From: Thermoplasmata archaeon | GTDB taxonomy: Archaea > Thermoplasmatota > Thermoplasmata > UBA10834 | Assembly: GCA_041559015.1 (NCBI GenBank) | Contig: JBFFED010000004.1 | Location: 2,781 to 66,780 of the forward strand | Length of the DNA stretch: 64,000 nt | Reading direction: 5' to 3' | Shown: positions 20,458-29,336 of the stretch, in pieces | Numbering within the stretch: position 1 is the first letter of the stretch | How the letters are laid out: every line of letters begins with the position of its first letter | Notes under the pieces: generated by a model | Told to the model about the DNA's origin: nothing | Databases searched by the model: none | Seen by the model: the letters and a program-made list of their open reading frames with translations, nothing else | Program-made: the position numbers and the translations under genes

Positions 20458-21402
20458 CTAGGCGGTCTTGTTCCCGCCGTGGATGTGCTCGCTGATAATC
20501 TTGCCACTTGATGAGTTCACAATCATCGCACCGTGCGTGCCCTCCACGCACCAGACCGGCAGATAGACGAGCCCCTTGGACTCGATGACGATGGCGTCCT
20601 CGGCCGATTTCTTGCGCTCTATGACCTCCGTATGGCCGTAGTCCTTCACGGTCTCGGTGTGCGACTTGAACTCCTTCTCTATCATGTCCTTGGCGATCCT
20701 GAGAGCGTTCTCGTAGTCCAACTTGGGTTCCTGCCTGGAGCTGGGGATGTCAATCGAGTCGACGAGCTCGAAGCCCCACCTCCATGTCTCGACATGGTTC
20801 GTGAGGGCGTTGACAGCCGCTATGCCCGCCTTCTGCTTTCCGTCCTGGAGGTTCAGGACATAGTGAAACAGGTAGTGCGGCACGAGGTCGAGATCGAACC
20901 TGTACCCCTTGACCTCGTGCCTGGCCAGGTGTTTCATGTCCTCGAGCGTGAAGTTGGGCTTGACTATCCGCTCCGGCCTCTCCTCGGAGCTCTCGACTAT
21001 CACGGGAACGGAATGGTCGTGGGGCTCCGCGGGCATCCTAGGCACCTCGTCCGATATGATGTCGTCAATGAGGCTCTTGCCACGGTCCCCGCCGACGGTC
21101 TCCAGCTGCAGGTTGCCGATCTCGTGCTCTATCTCTTCCCTGCCCCAGTAGTGCACGCCATTCCTCTGTAGATACGACTGCACGGCGTCGTCCGCCTTGC
21201 CGACCGAGGCCACGACCTTCCGGCCTGGGAAACCCCTTGTGTTCCTGACGAAGTCCTGGACGTCGTCCAAGAGCATGTCGCTGGCGGTCATGATGACGAC
21301 GGAGATGTCCTCCCGTCTGCCGAACAAGTAGCCGTCTTTCTCATCGACCGCGAAGTTGCGCGACTTGAGCAACTGCTCCAGGTGATCCCTAATCGACGCC
21401 AA
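20458..21402 (-). CDS. Conserved-looking hypothetical two-domain protein
   Basis: 314-aa ORF, TTG start preceded by gggggtga; GC3-biased codons; N-terminal ~100 aa has a restriction-endonuclease-like alternation of strands and helices, no confident family assignment. Confidence 0.5.
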   Translation of the reverse strand: MASIRDHLEQLLKSRNFAVDEKDGYLFGRREDISVVIMTASDMLLDDVQDFVRNTRGFPGRKVVASVGKADDAVQSYLQRNGVHYWGREEIEHEIGNLQLETVGGDRGKSLIDDIISDEVPRMPAEPHDHSVPVIVESSEERPERIVKPNFTLEDMKHLARHEVKGYRFDLDLVPHYLFHYVLNLQDGKQKAGIAAVNALTNHVETWRWGFELVDSIDIPSSRQEPKLDYENALRIAKDMIEKEFKSHTETVKDYGHTEVIERKKSAEDAIVIESKGLVYLPVWCVEGTHGAMIVNSSSGKIISEHIHGGNKTA

Positions 21403-21521
21403 GATTCTTCACCCCCAGATTGCGAGGGCTGGATAAAAGCATTCTCAGATGCCTGGCGAGCCCGCTGGCAAAGTTAATTAGCCCCGAGCGACAGATATCA
21501 AGGGCGCCTCTGGGGGGCGAC

Positions 21522-21935
21522 ATGAGACAAGTGGCCTGGATACCGATAGCGATTTTCGCGGGAGGCCTGGTGCTCATAGCGTCAGCGGTCGCGACTGGCG
21601 AAGCTGAGGTGTCCCTGTTCCTGATATTCCCAGTCTTCTCGGGGTCGAGCGGCCTCTTCCTCCTCGGGACCCTCCTGATCGTCCTGAGCTTCATAGTCGG
21701 GTTCCTGATGCTGACAATGGGACAGCTGGAACTGCAGTCCACTAGGACCGCGGAGCAAGTGGCTATCGGTTCGAAGGCGGAAGATGGGGTTGCTGGGAAG
21801 GATTTCGGGGGTGTTGTGCTGATCGGCCCTGTCCCGATCGCTTTCGGCTCAAGCCGGACCATGGCTCTGTTCATGCTCGTGCTCGGGATAGTCGTGGCGA
21901 TTATACTACTCGGCATCCTCGCCATGCTTGCGTAG
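21522..21935 (+). CDS. DUF131-family small membrane protein
   Basis: Hydrophobic N-terminus, FGGVVLIGPVPIAFGSS motif and C-terminal helix typical of archaeal DUF131; ORF opens at TTG 21420 but ATG 21522 is preceded by gggggg. Confidence 0.65.
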   Translation: MRQVAWIPIAIFAGGLVLIASAVATGEAEVSLFLIFPVFSGSSGLFLLGTLLIVLSFIVGFLMLTMGQLELQSTRTAEQVAIGSKAEDGVAGKDFGGVVLIGPVPIAFGSSRTMALFMLVLGIVVAIILLGILAMLA

Positions 21936-22130
21936 AAGGCCCCTCGCGGCCTCCTCCACCGTCTTCTTCTCCGCGAGCGCGCGCTCACGCACCTCTGACA
22001 TAATCCCGACATAGGCCGAGAAATCGAGCTCCCTCTTCCTGGCCACCCTGCCCACAGCCTGCTCGAGGGACTCCTTCCTCCTGCGGGTCTCGACCGCCTC
22101 CCTGAGGATCTCGATGTGCTGTGCCTCCAT
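21906..22130 (-). CDS. Small charged hypothetical protein (74 aa)
   Basis: Starts 3 nt after the guaA-A stop; strong GC3 codon bias; no recognisable family. Confidence 0.4.
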   Translation of the reverse strand: MEAQHIEILREAVETRRRKESLEQAVGRVARKRELDFSAYVGIMSEVRERALAEKKTVEEAARGLLRKHGEDAE

Positions 22131-22133
22131 CGT

Positions 22134-22709
22134 CTATGCCTTCTTCTTGGCCTCGCAGATGTCTATGAAGGCCTGGAACATCTCGTAGCCGTTGTCCGTA
22201 TGCTCCACCTCGGGGTGGAACTGCAGGCCGTAAAGAGGCCGTGAAGTGTGCTTCATCGCCTGTATCCTGCAGTTGTCGGAATGCGCAAGGGCTATGAAAT
22301 CTGGCGGCAGCTCAGTGACCTCATCGTTGTGCGACTCCCAGGCCACGAGCGTGTCGGGAAGGCCCTGAAAAAGATCATCCGGGTCGTCAATAATGATGAG
22401 CATCTTGCCGAACTCGGGCACACTGGACGGGCCTGCCTTGCCCCCCATATGGGTAGCCATGAACTGATGACCTGCGCATATGCCGAGTATGGGCATCCCC
22501 GCCTTGTCTATGTACTCGCCGCAGTTGCCCATCTTCTGCTGATCAAGTCCGACACGCGGGGCGCCGCCGGACAGGACGAGCCCGTCCGCCTTGATGCTCT
22601 CGAGCGGGGCGGTGTTCGGGATGATCTCCGAATCCACACCCAAGTCCCTGAGGACCCTCCACTCCCTGTGCGTCCATTGACCGCCGTTGTCAACGACCAG
22701 TATGCGCAT
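22134..22709 (-). CDS. guaAA: GMP synthase (glutamine-hydrolysing) subunit A, glutamine amidotransferase
   Basis: MRILVVDNGGQWTHREWR, catalytic GICAGHQFM and HPEVEHT; ORF extends to 22733 but ATG 22709 lies about 26 nt downstream of a TATA-like tttaatat (complement of 22733-22740). Confidence 0.9.
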   Translation of the reverse strand: MRILVVDNGGQWTHREWRVLRDLGVDSEIIPNTAPLESIKADGLVLSGGAPRVGLDQQKMGNCGEYIDKAGMPILGICAGHQFMATHMGGKAGPSSVPEFGKMLIIIDDPDDLFQGLPDTLVAWESHNDEVTELPPDFIALAHSDNCRIQAMKHTSRPLYGLQFHPEVEHTDNGYEMFQAFIDICEAKKKA

Positions 22710-22820
22710 GATGTAGGGGAACATCCCCTGCATATTAAACCCATGCTGACCGCCCTCAAGACGGAATCTGGAGGGTCTTCTGGGACCGCCCGTCCAGGGT
22801 GTGGGGGCCGAAGCGACTGA

Positions 22821-22830
22821 CTATATAAAC
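22821..22830. promoter_or_regulatory. Orphan strong TATA-like box ctatataaac in the guaA-B / guaA-A spacer
   Basis: Read directly; about 110 nt from the guaA-A start, so not obviously its core promoter; flanked by the direct repeat gaccgccc at 22748 and 22784. Confidence 0.3.
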
Positions 22831-22891
22831 CTGCGAGAGGCGCACGACTGCGCCCTGAACGGATTCCTCCGATCGAGGGCAGGGAGTCGGT

Positions 22892-23839
22892 TCACTCCCA
22901 CTCTATGGTCGCCGGGGGCTTGTGTGTGATGTCGTAGACGACCCTGTTAACCTTGTCCTTCATCCTGTTCGTTATGCGGATGGATATCTGTTCAAGGACC
23001 TCGTGCGGGATCTTGGAGTACACCGCGGTCATGGCGTCGACTGAGTCGACGGCCCTGACGGCTATCGTGTAACCGTACGCGCGTATGTCCCCGTGCACGC
23101 CCACGCTCTTGACAGGCAGAAGGACCGCGAAGTACTGCCACGGGAGTTTCATCTTCCCCTCGGCCGAGGCCTTCTCGATCTCCTCCTCGACGATGGCACA
23201 CGCCTCCCGGACGATTGCGACAGACTCCCTGGTCGGTTCGCCCATGACCCTTATGGCCAGGGCCGGCCCCGGGAAGGGCTGCTTCTCGGCCACCTCTATC
23301 TTCAGGGCCCTGGCGACCTTGCGCACCTCATCTTTGTAGAGATCCCTGAGCGGCTCGACCAGCTTCAGGTTGAGGTCCTTCGGCAGCCCGCCGACGTTGT
23401 GATGGCTCTTGATGGTGTCCCTCATGCCCCCGCCACTCTCGATCCAGTCAGGGGCTATGGTGCCCTGGACGAGGTATTCCGCCCCGGACTTCTTCGCCTC
23501 CCGCTCGAACACGCGTATGAACTTCTCGCCAATGATCTTCCTCTTGGTCTCAGGCTCGGTGACGCCCTTCAGGGCGTCGAAGTACTCATCGCTGGCATCA
23601 ACGATCATATGGTTGACCCCCAGGCGTCTGAGCATCTTGTCCACGCTCTCGTTCTCGCCCTTCCTCATGAAGCCCGTGTCGACATAGACCGCGAACAGCC
23701 TGTCGCCTATGGCCCTGCTGACGAGGGCCGCACAGACCGTGCTATCGACTCCTCCGGAGGCGGCTATGATTGCCTTGCCCTTGACCTCTTCCTGCAGCTT
23801 CTTGACCTGTTGGTCGATGAATCTCTGGGGGTCGGACAT
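22892..23839 (-). CDS. guaAB: GMP synthase subunit B (ATP pyrophosphatase)
   Basis: PP-loop IIAASGGVDSTVCAAL; C-terminal dimerisation region ending PPATIEWE. Confidence 0.9.
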   Translation of the reverse strand: MSDPQRFIDQQVKKLQEEVKGKAIIAASGGVDSTVCAALVSRAIGDRLFAVYVDTGFMRKGENESVDKMLRRLGVNHMIVDASDEYFDALKGVTEPETKRKIIGEKFIRVFEREAKKSGAEYLVQGTIAPDWIESGGGMRDTIKSHHNVGGLPKDLNLKLVEPLRDLYKDEVRKVARALKIEVAEKQPFPGPALAIRVMGEPTRESVAIVREACAIVEEEIEKASAEGKMKLPWQYFAVLLPVKSVGVHGDIRAYGYTIAVRAVDSVDAMTAVYSKIPHEVLEQISIRITNRMKDKVNRVVYDITHKPPATIEWE

Positions 23840-24304
23840 CTAAACCTCAACTTCCTTGGAGTCGCGCATGACAGAGTCCTTGAGCCTCTGCCTGTGGTCC
23901 TCAAGCGCCCTCCTGACCTTCTCGTCCTTGAGGGCGATGATCTCAGCTGCGAGAAGGGCGGCGTTGTCCCCCCTGTCGAGTCCAACGCCTGCGACAGGTA
24001 TTCCCGGGGGCATCTGTACGACGGAGAGTATGGAATCCAGGTTGACCGCGCCGCTGACGGGCACGCCTATGACCGGCTTGGTCGTGCGCGCAGCGATAAC
24101 TCCCGGGAGCGCAGCCGAAAGGCCCGCGATGGCGATGAACACCTCGGCGTCCGCCTCCGCCACGAGCCTGTCCACCAGCTCGGGCGTCCTGTGCGCGCTC
24201 GCGACGGTCAGCTTGTACTTCACGCCGAGCTCCTTAAGGACGGAGACGGCCTTCTCCGCCACCTTCATGTCGCTCTTGCTGCCTAGAACTATCTGGACGC
24301 TCAT
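23840..24304 (-). CDS. purE: N5-carboxyaminoimidazole ribonucleotide mutase / AIR carboxylase
   Basis: VQIVLGSKSDMKVAEKA, ASAHRTPE, GVPV motifs; abuts the guaA-B start. Confidence 0.9.
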   Translation of the reverse strand: MSVQIVLGSKSDMKVAEKAVSVLKELGVKYKLTVASAHRTPELVDRLVAEADAEVFIAIAGLSAALPGVIAARTTKPVIGVPVSGAVNLDSILSVVQMPPGIPVAGVGLDRGDNAALLAAEIIALKDEKVRRALEDHRQRLKDSVMRDSKEVEV

Positions 24305-24350
24305 CAGAAAAGGTAGAAGGATAGTCTGTAGAAATACGTTTGCTACGTCT

Positions 24351-24650
24351 TCACGACTTCATTATCGCGACGAGGAATACCCCTATCGCCGCAAGGGCTC
24401 CCAGAACGCCGGCGAGGATGTACAGGAACGCATTCCAGACGACCTCGCTCAGGTTGACGTCTATGGCCGCGACCGAGTCCAGGCCCATGACCACCCAAAG
24501 CACACCGATGACCACGCCTATCACGAGCAGGGCGACTCCGATCATCCTGCTCTTGCCGCTGCCGAAGTACGCAGTGAATATGCCCGCCAACAGCATGAAC
24601 AGCGCGAACACTAGTATCAGCACTGTCAAGAACTCCCACAGACCCATCAT
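24351..24650 (-). CDS. Small membrane protein (99 aa, 3 hydrophobic helices)
   Basis: MMGLWEFLTVLILVFALFMLLAGIF...; fits the gap between purE and the AsnC-like gene; no family recognised. Confidence 0.5.
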   Translation of the reverse strand: MMGLWEFLTVLILVFALFMLLAGIFTAYFGSGKSRMIGVALLVIGVVIGVLWVVMGLDSVAAIDVNLSEVVWNAFLYILAGVLGALAAIGVFLVAIMKS

Positions 24651-24676
24651 TCAAATCACCGTTCAGTACCGATGGT

Positions 24677-24910
24677 CTAGAACTTGATCCCTGTCAGGGT
24701 TTTCGTGTCAATCACACCGGGTATAGAGCGTACCTTGTCCACTACGACCTGTCCCAGGAGGTTGAAGTCCTCGGCCTCGATCTTCGCGATCAGGTCGTAC
24801 TCTCCGAAGAGGGGGTGCAATTCGACGACTTCCTTCACCTTGAGGAGCTCGTTGTAGACTTCGTGCTCTTTTGCTGGCGCGGTGCTTATGAGTATGAAAC
24901 CCACGGCCAT
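24677..24910 (-). CDS. Stand-alone Lrp/AsnC ligand-binding (RAM) domain protein
   Basis: 77 aa: AVGFILISTAPAKEHEVYNELLKVKEVVELHPLFGEYDLIAKIEAEDFNLLGQVVVDKVRSIPGVIDTKTL. Confidence 0.75.
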   Translation of the reverse strand: MAVGFILISTAPAKEHEVYNELLKVKEVVELHPLFGEYDLIAKIEAEDFNLLGQVVVDKVRSIPGVIDTKTLTGIKF

Positions 24911-24962
24911 CTGGTCCTCACCGATTCGGTATAATGGGGTGTCCTGTCATAAACCTTTCTAC

Positions 24963-25715
24963 CTACGCAATCGAATGCCAGAGTACTGGCATGACTTCGC
25001 CCGCGCGCCCAATTATCGACATGTCCGCGTAGGTCGAGACCTCGGTCGGTTCCGTGTTGACCTCGATGACCATCCCGCCTGAATTCTTGGTGATGACCGG
25101 GAGAGCGGCCGCGGGGTACACGACCGCTGATGTGCCGACAACGAACATCAACTCGCTCGTCCGAGCGACCTCTGAGGCTTCATCAACCGCGGCCCCGGGG
25201 AGCTGCTCGCCGAACCAAACTACATCCGGTCTCATCGGTGCGCCGCATTGGCAGAGCGGAGGTATCTCCTTCACCGGCTCGTTCAGGGTGACTACTGTCC
25301 CGTCCCGCTCGCACCTCAGCCTCCACATGTTCCCGTGCAGCTCGATTATCCTCTTGCTGCCTGCACGCACATGGAAGCTGTCGATGTTCTGGGTGAGCAC
25401 TGCGAAGGACTCGTAATGCCGCTCCATATCCGCGATGATCTCGTGAGCTCGGTTGGGTCTGGCTTTCGCAACCTCGACCTGCCTCAGCTGGTACCATTCC
25501 CACACAAGCCCCGGGTCCTTGAGGAACCCTTCCCTGGTGGCGAGCACGCGCCAGTCGTATTTCGACCAGACGCCGTCCGCACCCCTGAATGTCGGGACTC
25601 CGCTCTCGGCGGATACGCCTGCCCCGGTCAGCACGGATGCACTCCTCACAGCCCGGATGCGCTCCCTTACGGCGCCCGGAATCTTCAGATGGCCATCCTC
25701 GAGAACGATGTGCAT
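24963..25715 (-). CDS. cobB: NAD-dependent protein deacylase (Sir2 family)
   Basis: GAGVSAESGVPTFRG, catalytic IELHGN, FVVGTSAVVYPAA; ORF runs to 25835 but ATG 25715 abuts the upstream stop (25718). Confidence 0.85.
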   Translation of the reverse strand: MHIVLEDGHLKIPGAVRERIRAVRSASVLTGAGVSAESGVPTFRGADGVWSKYDWRVLATREGFLKDPGLVWEWYQLRQVEVAKARPNRAHEIIADMERHYESFAVLTQNIDSFHVRAGSKRIIELHGNMWRLRCERDGTVVTLNEPVKEIPPLCQCGAPMRPDVVWFGEQLPGAAVDEASEVARTSELMFVVGTSAVVYPAAALPVITKNSGGMVIEVNTEPTEVSTYADMSIIGRAGEVMPVLWHSIA

Positions 25716-25717
25716 CC

Positions 25718-26641
25718 TCAGACGCACTTCCTGCGGGCAGCCCTCCGCTGGACCATGTCCCAGGTGGGGAGCGTGCTCTGGGACCCCTCGCTCTCCACGA
25801 CAAACGAAGCGGTCGAGGCCCCCACCCAGGCGCACTCCTCGATGGGCAGCGAGCGACTCAGCCCAGCGTAGAATCCAGCCCTGAACCCATCCCCGGCGCC
25901 CGTCGTGTCCACGACCTTGTCCGGTTGTATGGTTCCCACGAGTATGTCGTCGTCCTCCGTTATGATCCTGCTGCCCTCTCCCCCCCTGGTGTTAACGACC
26001 ATCTTCACATATGAGAGCAGCTCCTGGTCCTCTGCGAGGTTGAGATAGCTCTTTGCCCGTTCGAGTTCTGATGTGTTGGCGAAGAATATGTCCGTGTTCT
26101 CCAGCACGGCCTTCAGGCTCTCAGGGGTGTACACATAGTGTAGCTCCTGTGCTGGATCGAATGCGACCGTCTTCTTCCTTCTGCGGGCGCGCTTGGCGAC
26201 CTTTAGCATGTACGAGGGCCTGCCGGTGCCTATGTGGACGAACTTCGAGCTGTCGGTGGTGTGCGTCCTGATCGGCAGCCTCTCCTGCTCGAGGACGGCT
26301 CCCTGGTCCACGAAACCTATCTGGTTGTGGTTCGAGTCAGACACGAGTATGATGAACGGCGTACGCTTGCCCCTGAGTCGGACGACATCCGCCGTGTCCA
26401 CACCACTCTCTCTGAGGGACTCCATGAATGCCTTCGGGAAGTCGTCTCCGACATGGCATGCGAGAGCCGTCCTCACGTCGAGGGTCGCCGCGATTCGCGC
26501 TAGGTTCGCCCCCGTCCCACCGAAGTGCTGCTTCCGTTCCTTCAGCTCGACGCAGGTGTTCGGTTTCGGGAACTCATCCGAGTTGTATATCAGGTCAAGA
26601 GCGGCGTGACCGTAGACCCCCAAGAAGTTGCTGTTGCGCAA
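25718..26641 (-). CDS. PfkB-family carbohydrate/nucleoside kinase
   Basis: GGTGANLARIAATL and DTTGAGDGFRAGF motifs; TTG start preceded by gaggggg. Confidence 0.8.
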   Translation of the reverse strand: MRNSNFLGVYGHAALDLIYNSDEFPKPNTCVELKERKQHFGGTGANLARIAATLDVRTALACHVGDDFPKAFMESLRESGVDTADVVRLRGKRTPFIILVSDSNHNQIGFVDQGAVLEQERLPIRTHTTDSSKFVHIGTGRPSYMLKVAKRARRRKKTVAFDPAQELHYVYTPESLKAVLENTDIFFANTSELERAKSYLNLAEDQELLSYVKMVVNTRGGEGSRIITEDDDILVGTIQPDKVVDTTGAGDGFRAGFYAGLSRSLPIEECAWVGASTASFVVESEGSQSTLPTWDMVQRRAARRKCV

Positions 26642-26803
26642 ACTGCCCCCTCAAATACGGCGTCCCGTATCAGCTGGCTCGTTATTGAAAATTGGGGCAC
26701 TCGGCCATTGGCGGCCCCGCGGCTCATTGTACTTAAATCTCACTCAGAGCCAGACTGGGGCGGGGGCGTCCTTACCGTGTCACCGAATGTCATTGTGCGC
26801 GGC

Positions 26804-28048
26804 TCAGGTGCCCTCTCTCCAACTCCGGACATAGTCCTGCTGCCCCTTCGAGAGCTTGTCGATACTCACGCCCATCGTCTCGAGCTTAATCCTCGCGACC
26901 ATGTCGTCGAGGTGGTCAGGGACATCGTAAACGTTCGGCTCGAGGGTCTGCGCGCTGAAGTCAAGGTACTCAAGGCACAGGACCTGGATCGCGAAGCTCA
27001 TGTCCATGATCTCCACCGGGTGCCCCTGGCCGGCAGCGAGGTTGACCAGTCTCCCTTCCGCCAGGAGGTAGACCTTCTGTCCGCTCCTGAGCTGGTACTC
27101 CTCCACCGATTCCCTGACCTTCCTGTGCCTCCTGGACAGCTTCTCCAGGGCGGCCTTGGATATCTCGTTGTCGAAGTGCCCCGAGTTGGCGAGCACGCAG
27201 CCGTCCTTCATGGCCTTGATGTCCTCTGCGGTAACGACGTCCTTGCATCCTGTGGCCGAGACGATGAAGTCCGCCTCCCGGGCCGCCTGTCGCATAGGCA
27301 TGACCGCGAAGCCGTCCAGCTTCGCCTCGATCGCCCTAATCGGGTCTACCTCGCAGACGATCACGTCCGCCCCCATGCCCTTTGCACGCATCGCGATGCC
27401 CCGTCCACACCAGCCGTATCCGGCGACCACGAAGCTCTTCCCCGCAATCACGAGGTTGGTCGACGCCATTATCCCATCCATGGTGGACTGGCCGGTGCCG
27501 TACCGGTTGTCGAACAGGTATTTCATGTATGCGTCGTTGACCGACATCACGGGGAACTTGAGCGCGCCCTCCTGGGCCATCGCTCGAAGACGCATCACGC
27601 CGGTGGTCGTCTCCTCGTTCGCGCCCTTGACCTTGCTGAGTAGGTCCTTGCGCTTCGTGTGTAGCAGGAATATCAGGTCGGCTCCGTCATCTATCACGTA
27701 GTCGGGCCGTATGTCCAAGACCTTGTTCAGGGATTGGTAGTACTGCCTGTTCGTCTGGTCCTTCTTGGCGTATGTCTCGAGGTCGTACTCCTTGTTCAGG
27801 GCGAGAGCGACGGAATCGTCGGTCGAGAGCGGGTTGCAGCTCGTGAGCCTTACCTCGGCGCCCGCCTCCTGGATCGCGAGCGCGAGCACGGCCGTCTTCG
27901 CCTCCGTGTGCAACGCCATGCCGACTTTGAGACCTTCGAATGTGCGCTCTTTGACCATCCTCTCACGGATTTTCCCGAGGACCTTCATATGGGTCCGCGC
28001 CCACTCGATTCTATTAACGCCCTTGCGAAGAAGCTCGTCTTTAGCCAT
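26804..28048 (-). CDS. ahcY: Adenosylhomocysteinase
   Basis: 414 aa; GLKVGMALHTEAKTAVLA, NAD site VAGYGWCGRGIA, HFDNEI. Confidence 0.92.
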   Translation of the reverse strand: MAKDELLRKGVNRIEWARTHMKVLGKIRERMVKERTFEGLKVGMALHTEAKTAVLALAIQEAGAEVRLTSCNPLSTDDSVALALNKEYDLETYAKKDQTNRQYYQSLNKVLDIRPDYVIDDGADLIFLLHTKRKDLLSKVKGANEETTTGVMRLRAMAQEGALKFPVMSVNDAYMKYLFDNRYGTGQSTMDGIMASTNLVIAGKSFVVAGYGWCGRGIAMRAKGMGADVIVCEVDPIRAIEAKLDGFAVMPMRQAAREADFIVSATGCKDVVTAEDIKAMKDGCVLANSGHFDNEISKAALEKLSRRHRKVRESVEEYQLRSGQKVYLLAEGRLVNLAAGQGHPVEIMDMSFAIQVLCLEYLDFSAQTLEPNVYDVPDHLDDMVARIKLETMGVSIDKLSKGQQDYVRSWREGT

Positions 28049-28176
28049 GCTACCACTGATGCATCTGATGCTTCCCTAATAACTGTTGTTGCGGGACAGC
28101 GAGCCGGATTGGAATTACGTTCGAACGCCCATGGTCCTGACGACGGCGGCGATTCCGCTGCGTCCTGGGCGGGCCG

Positions 28177-28923
28177 TTACTCGGACGCCCTGAGGTTGGA
28201 GCCCATGCCCGCCATGACGGCCCTGAGGTTCTCGTCCCTGTCGTACTTCGACAGGGCGAGCGAGGCCGCCCGCCTGTCCTCGGACAGGTCCTCGACGTTC
28301 TTGACCAGCTCCGGTATTGCCCGTGTGACCTCGTCCACAATCGTGACGGTCGCGCTCCGAGAGGTGCGTGAGAGAGGGTTAAGGTCAATCGCGACGGTTC
28401 TCTTTCCCATACTGGCGAGTACCTCTGCCCTGTCCCCGTCCTCGAGCGGTATCAGCACTACATCCGCCGAATAGATGCCGTCCTTCGAACACAAGCCCCT
28501 TGCGTGCTCGACCCCGGGAATGGCCGCGTCCGGCAGGAAGCCGAGAACCCCTCTGGCGCCATTGCGCTCCATGAGCGCCTGTATCTTCGAGACCCTGTCA
28601 TCCGATCTGTGGAAGAGACTCACCTCGAGTCGGGCCTTCGCGGTCTCGGCTAGAAGCACGACCTCCTTTGCGCACAGCGCTGCAACGTTGCCGTTCACGG
28701 AGATCACTGGCCGCTTCGCTTCGATGAGGAGCGCTGCGGCGGCCCTGCTCGCTGCCCTGGCCTCCTTGGTAGTCCGCTCCCCGAGGAGATAGTCGAACAT
28801 CTCTCCCCTGCCGTGCGCGATGAGCCCTTGGGGGGCCACGATCCCGCTCCGGAATCCCTCGACCAGCCGTTCCCTTAGGACCAGGGAAGCATATCGAGGG
28901 TGTGACATCGGTATCTCAGTCAT
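28177..28923 (-). CDS. Archaeal phosphopantothenate synthetase (4-phosphopantoate--beta-alanine ligase, DUF137 family)
   Basis: HPRYASLVLRERLVEGFRSGIVAPQGLIAHGRGEMFDYLLGERT matches the family N-terminus. Confidence 0.75.
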   Translation of the reverse strand: MTEIPMSHPRYASLVLRERLVEGFRSGIVAPQGLIAHGRGEMFDYLLGERTTKEARAASRAAAALLIEAKRPVISVNGNVAALCAKEVVLLAETAKARLEVSLFHRSDDRVSKIQALMERNGARGVLGFLPDAAIPGVEHARGLCSKDGIYSADVVLIPLEDGDRAEVLASMGKRTVAIDLNPLSRTSRSATVTIVDEVTRAIPELVKNVEDLSEDRRAASLALSKYDRDENLRAVMAGMGSNLRASE

Positions 28924-28946
28924 GACATCACTTCTTGCGCATGCGC

Positions 28947-29060
28947 GTTATAGAGCGGAGACGGCCTCCGACCCCGGAGGGGGGCTCAAACCTTATATAC
29001 CTTGAGAAAAACATTATATATAAGATTGGCCATAGGGCGCACAGCGTAAACTATAAATAG
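28947..29060. promoter_or_regulatory. AT-rich divergent promoter region with several TATA-like boxes
   Basis: gttatagag (28947-28955, 28 nt from the PPS start 28923), ttatata (28993), attatatataag (29013-29024) and ctataaatag (29051-29060) upstream of gar1. Confidence 0.4.
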
Positions 29061-29066
29061 GATTCG

Positions 29067-29336
29067 GTGAGCCCGGTGCGTCTTCTAGGTGTCGTGCAGG
29101 ACATATCGCACGACGGGAAACTCATCATCAAGGCGAGGTTCGCACCGAGGACGAGGGAGCTCGTTAGGGACAACCTGAAGGCGGAGGTCGGAAGGGTCGT
29201 GAAGGTTTTCGGGCCTGTCCGGTCGCCATACGTGGCTATCGAACCCAAGAAGGAATTGAAGACCCTTGCTGTGCTCGGCAAGGAGGTCTACGTGCAACAG
29301 GAGAGGGAGAATGGCAAAGGTAAGAGAGGAAACTGA
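29067..29336 (+). CDS. gar1: H/ACA RNP component Gar1
   Basis: [57 protein letters not shown]; GTG start; sits directly upstream of tfb. Confidence 0.8.
   Translation: MSPVRLLGVVQDISHDGKLIIKARFAPRTRELVRDNLKAEVGRVVKVFGPVRSPYVAIEPKKELKTLAVLGKEVYVQQERENGKGKRGN

Noticed and set aside
25716-25835. 40-codon N-terminal extension of the Sir2 ORF
   Set aside because: It overlaps the 3' end of the upstream PfkB gene. ATG 25715 gives a normal Sir2 N-terminus directly after the upstream stop.
26525-27643. 372-aa ORF antisense to ahcY and the PfkB kinase gene
   Set aside because: Same reasoning: an antisense shadow ORF of strongly GC3-biased genes with no recognisable motifs.
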